64,000 bases of DNA from positions 9,736,001 to 9,800,000 of the forward strand of contig CM075996.1 of the NCBI GenBank assembly GCA_038087875.1, in the 5' to 3' direction. The position numbers and the translations under genes are program-made. The notes under the pieces are model-generated. The model was not told the origin of the DNA. It saw nothing but the letters and a program-made list of their open reading frames with translations, and ran no database searches. Within the stretch, counting starts at the first letter, position 1; every line of letters begins with the position of its first letter. Origin of the DNA: Malacoraja senta. Its lineage: Eukaryota. This document shows, piece by piece, positions 61,440 to 64,000 of the stretch.

Positions 61440-62060
61440 TGATTTGAGTATAGGAGCAGGGAGGTTCTACTGCAGTTGTACAGGGTCTTGGTGAGACCAC
61501 ACCTGGAGTATTGCGTACAGTTTTGGTCTCCAAATCTGAGGAAGGACATTATTGCCATAGAGGGAGTACAGAGAAGGTTCACCAGACTGATTCCTGGGAT
61601 GTCAGGACTGTCTTATGAAGAAAGACTGGATAGACTTGGTTTATACTCTCTAGAATTTAGGAGATTGAGAGGGGATCTTATAGAAACTTACAAAATTCTT
61701 AAGGGGTTGGACAGGCTAGATGCAGGAAGATTGCTCCCGATGTTGGGGAACAAGGGGTCACAGCTTAAGGATAAGGGGGAAATCCTTTCAAACCGAGATG
61801 AGAAGAACTTTTTCCACACAGAGAGTGGTGAATCTGTGGAACTCTCTGCCACAGAGGGCAGTCGAGGCCAGTTCATTGGCTATATTTAAGAGGGAGTTAG
61901 ATGTGGCCCTTGTGGCTAAAGGGATCAGAGGGTATGGAGAGAAGGCAGGTACGGGATACTGAGTTGGATGATCAGCCATGATCATATTGAATGGCGGTGC
62001 AGGCTTGAAGGGCCGAATGGCCTACCCCTGCACCTAATTTCTATGTTTCTATGTTTCTAT
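61440..62060 (+). mobile_element. Young CR1 LINE, 5'-truncated
   Basis: Near-identical to 14678-15310; (TTCTATGT)n tail. Confidence 0.93.
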
Positions 62061-62269
62061 GATCGCTGGTCGGTGAGTCGAAGGGCCTGTTTCCACGCTG
62101 TATCTCTAAACTAAACTAAAATCACCACAGTACACTCAGTCGGGAAGAGGTGACTACTTTGGGAATCATGGGATTGAGGCAGCAGGGTGGGGGGAGTGAT
62201 GTTGGGGAGGGGTGCCGGTGGGGAATGTGGGAGGTTGGGCAGGTAGCACTCTCACACTCTGACTAGGCA

Positions 62270-62530
62270 TCTCTGAAATGTCTTCCTTCCTCCATAAACC
62301 ATGGCTTCCCCTCTACTGTGCCTGACGCATCCCTTGACCGCATCTCATCCACTTTCTGCACTCTGCTCTTATCCCTTCCCCACCTCAACAGAACACAGAT
62401 GTGGTTCTACTCTTCCTTGCGTTCTACTTCCACTCACCTTTACGTGCAACGAAGCATCCTTTATGACTTCTTGTATCTTCGTCGGGATTTCACTGCCAAA
62501 CTCATCTTCCCCTCTTCTAATACCAGCATT
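62270..62530 (+). mobile_element. Old Penelope fragment
   Basis: Resembles the Penelope RT-endonuclease linker (CATCTCTGAAATGTCTTCC..GGCTTCCCC), cf. 46850. Confidence 0.55.
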
Positions 62531-62600
62531 TTAAACAAACTTCCCTCGAGTCCCAACAGTCCTTTCAGTTGAAACTGTGATTTATTACCATGCTCTACAA

Positions 62601-64000
62601 CAGGGGTCGGCAACCTACGGCCCACGGGCCGAATCCGGCCCGTAACCCGAAATCATCCGGCCCGTAGGCGTATTTTTTTTCAATTAGTCCTGGGGCTAGC
62701 AGGCTACCTGGGCACTACAGCCAGTCCTGGGGCTTGCAGGCGACCTGGGCACTACAGCCAGTCCCGGGGCAGGCGACCTGGGCACTACAGCCAGTCCCGG
62801 GGCTTGCAGGCTGCCTGGGCACTACAGCCAGTCCCGGGGCTTGCAGGCTGCCTGGGCACTACAGCCAGTCCCGGGGCTTGCAGGCTGCCTGGGCACCATA
62901 GCCAGTCCCGGGGCAGGCTACCTGGGCGCTACAGCCAGTCCCGGGGCAGGCGACCTGGGCACTACAGCCAGTCCCGGGGCTTGCAGGCTGCCTGGGCACT
63001 ACAGCCAGTCCCGGGGCAGGCGACATGGGCACTACAGCCAGTCCTGGGGCTTGCAGGCTGCCTGGGCACTACAGCCAGTCCCGGGGCTTGCAGGCTGCCT
63101 GGGCACTACAGCCAGTCCCGGGGCTTGCAGGCTGCCTGGGCACTACAGCCAGTCCCGGGGCAGGCGACCTGGGCACTACAGCCAGTCTCGGGTCACGCAG
63201 GCTACCTGGGCACTACAGCCAGTCCCGGGGCTTGCAGGCTGCCTGGGCACTACAGCCAGTCTCGGGTCACGCAGGCTACCTGGGCACTACAGCCAGTCCT
63301 GGGGCTTGCAGGCTGCCTGGGCACTACAGCCAGTCTCGGGTCACGCAGGCTACCTGGGCACTACAGCCAGTCCCGGGGCTTGCAGGCTGCCTGGGCACTA
63401 CAGCCAGTCCCAGGGCTTGCAGGCTGCCTGGGCACTACAGCCAGTCCCGGGGCTTGCAGGCTACCTGGGCACTACAGCCAGTCCCGGGGCTTGCAGGCTA
63501 CCTGGGCACTACAGCCAGTCCCGGGGCTTGCAGGCTACCTGGGCACTACAGCCAGTCCCGGGGCTTGCAGGCTGCCTGGGCACTACAGCCAGTCCCGGGG
63601 CTTGCAGGCTGCCTGGGCACTACAGCCAGTCCCGGGGCTTGCAGGCTGCCTGGGCACCACAGCCAGTCCCGGGGCAGGCTACCTGGGCGCTACAGCCAGT
63701 CCCGGGGCAGGCGACCTGGGCACTACAGCCAGTCCCGGGGCTTGCAGGCTGCCTGGGCACTACAGCCAGTCCCGGGGCAGGCGACATGGGCACTACAGCC
63801 AGTCCTGGGGCTTGCAGGCTGCCTGGGCACTACAGCCAGTCCCGGGGCTTGCAGGCTGCCTGGGCACTACAGCCAGTCCCGGGGCTTGCAGGCTGCCTGG
63901 GCACTACAGCCAGTCCCGGGGCAGGCGACCTGGGCACTACAGCCAGTCTCGGGTCACGCAGGCTACCTGGGCACTACAGCCAGTCCCGGGGCTTGCAGGC
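62601..64000 (+). mobile_element. hAT (Charlie-like) non-autonomous transposon, left end, running off the window
   Basis: CAGGGGTCGGCAACCT..GGCCC..CCGGCCC terminus preceded by CTCTACAA (Charlie-type NTCTANAN target). Confidence 0.75.
62686..64000 (+). repeat. GC-rich 37/33-bp minisatellite
   Basis: Unit GGGCACTACAGCCAGTCCCGGGGCTTGCAGGCTGCCT with 33-bp deletion variants. Confidence 0.97.

Larger units (their letters stand above)
60540..62120 (+). mobile_element. HE1-like SINE split by two younger insertions
   Basis: Segments 60540-60643, 61308-61440, 62060-62120. Confidence 0.82.

Noticed and set aside
62686..64000. 37-bp repeats as a CRISPR array
   Set aside because: No unique spacers; pure tandem satellite

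Overview
Repeat-saturated, non-coding vertebrate DNA (intronic or intergenic), most likely from an elasmobranch such as a skate or ray, inferred from abundant HE1-type tRNA/V-SINEs and their CR1-clade LINE partners. No host protein-coding gene can be supported; most ORFs in the track are transposon fragments, their antisense shadows or low-complexity artefacts. Main contents: (1) a structurally complete but decayed DIRS1-type tyrosine-recombinase retrotransposon (49295-54907, minus) with ITRs, an internal complementary region (ICR), gag, RT, RNase H, methyltransferase-like and YR domains, plus a second degenerate DIRS (41577-~44950, plus) nested in a Rex1 LINE; (2) many Penelope-like fragments, with about a dozen minimal hammerhead-ribozyme-like motifs, some in small fold-back insertions with TSDs; (3) a non-autonomous Helitron carrying a 48-bp array; (4) a hAT element carrying a 37/33-bp satellite with a 761-bp higher-order period; (5) Harbinger-like MITEs, L1, Tx1, Rex1 and Crack/Daphne-like LINE fragments, a solo LTR, and GC-rich non-coding retroelements sharing covarying hairpins. 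There is a 200-N gap at 37376-37575. Family names come from motif recognition only, and decayed-repeat boundaries are approximate.
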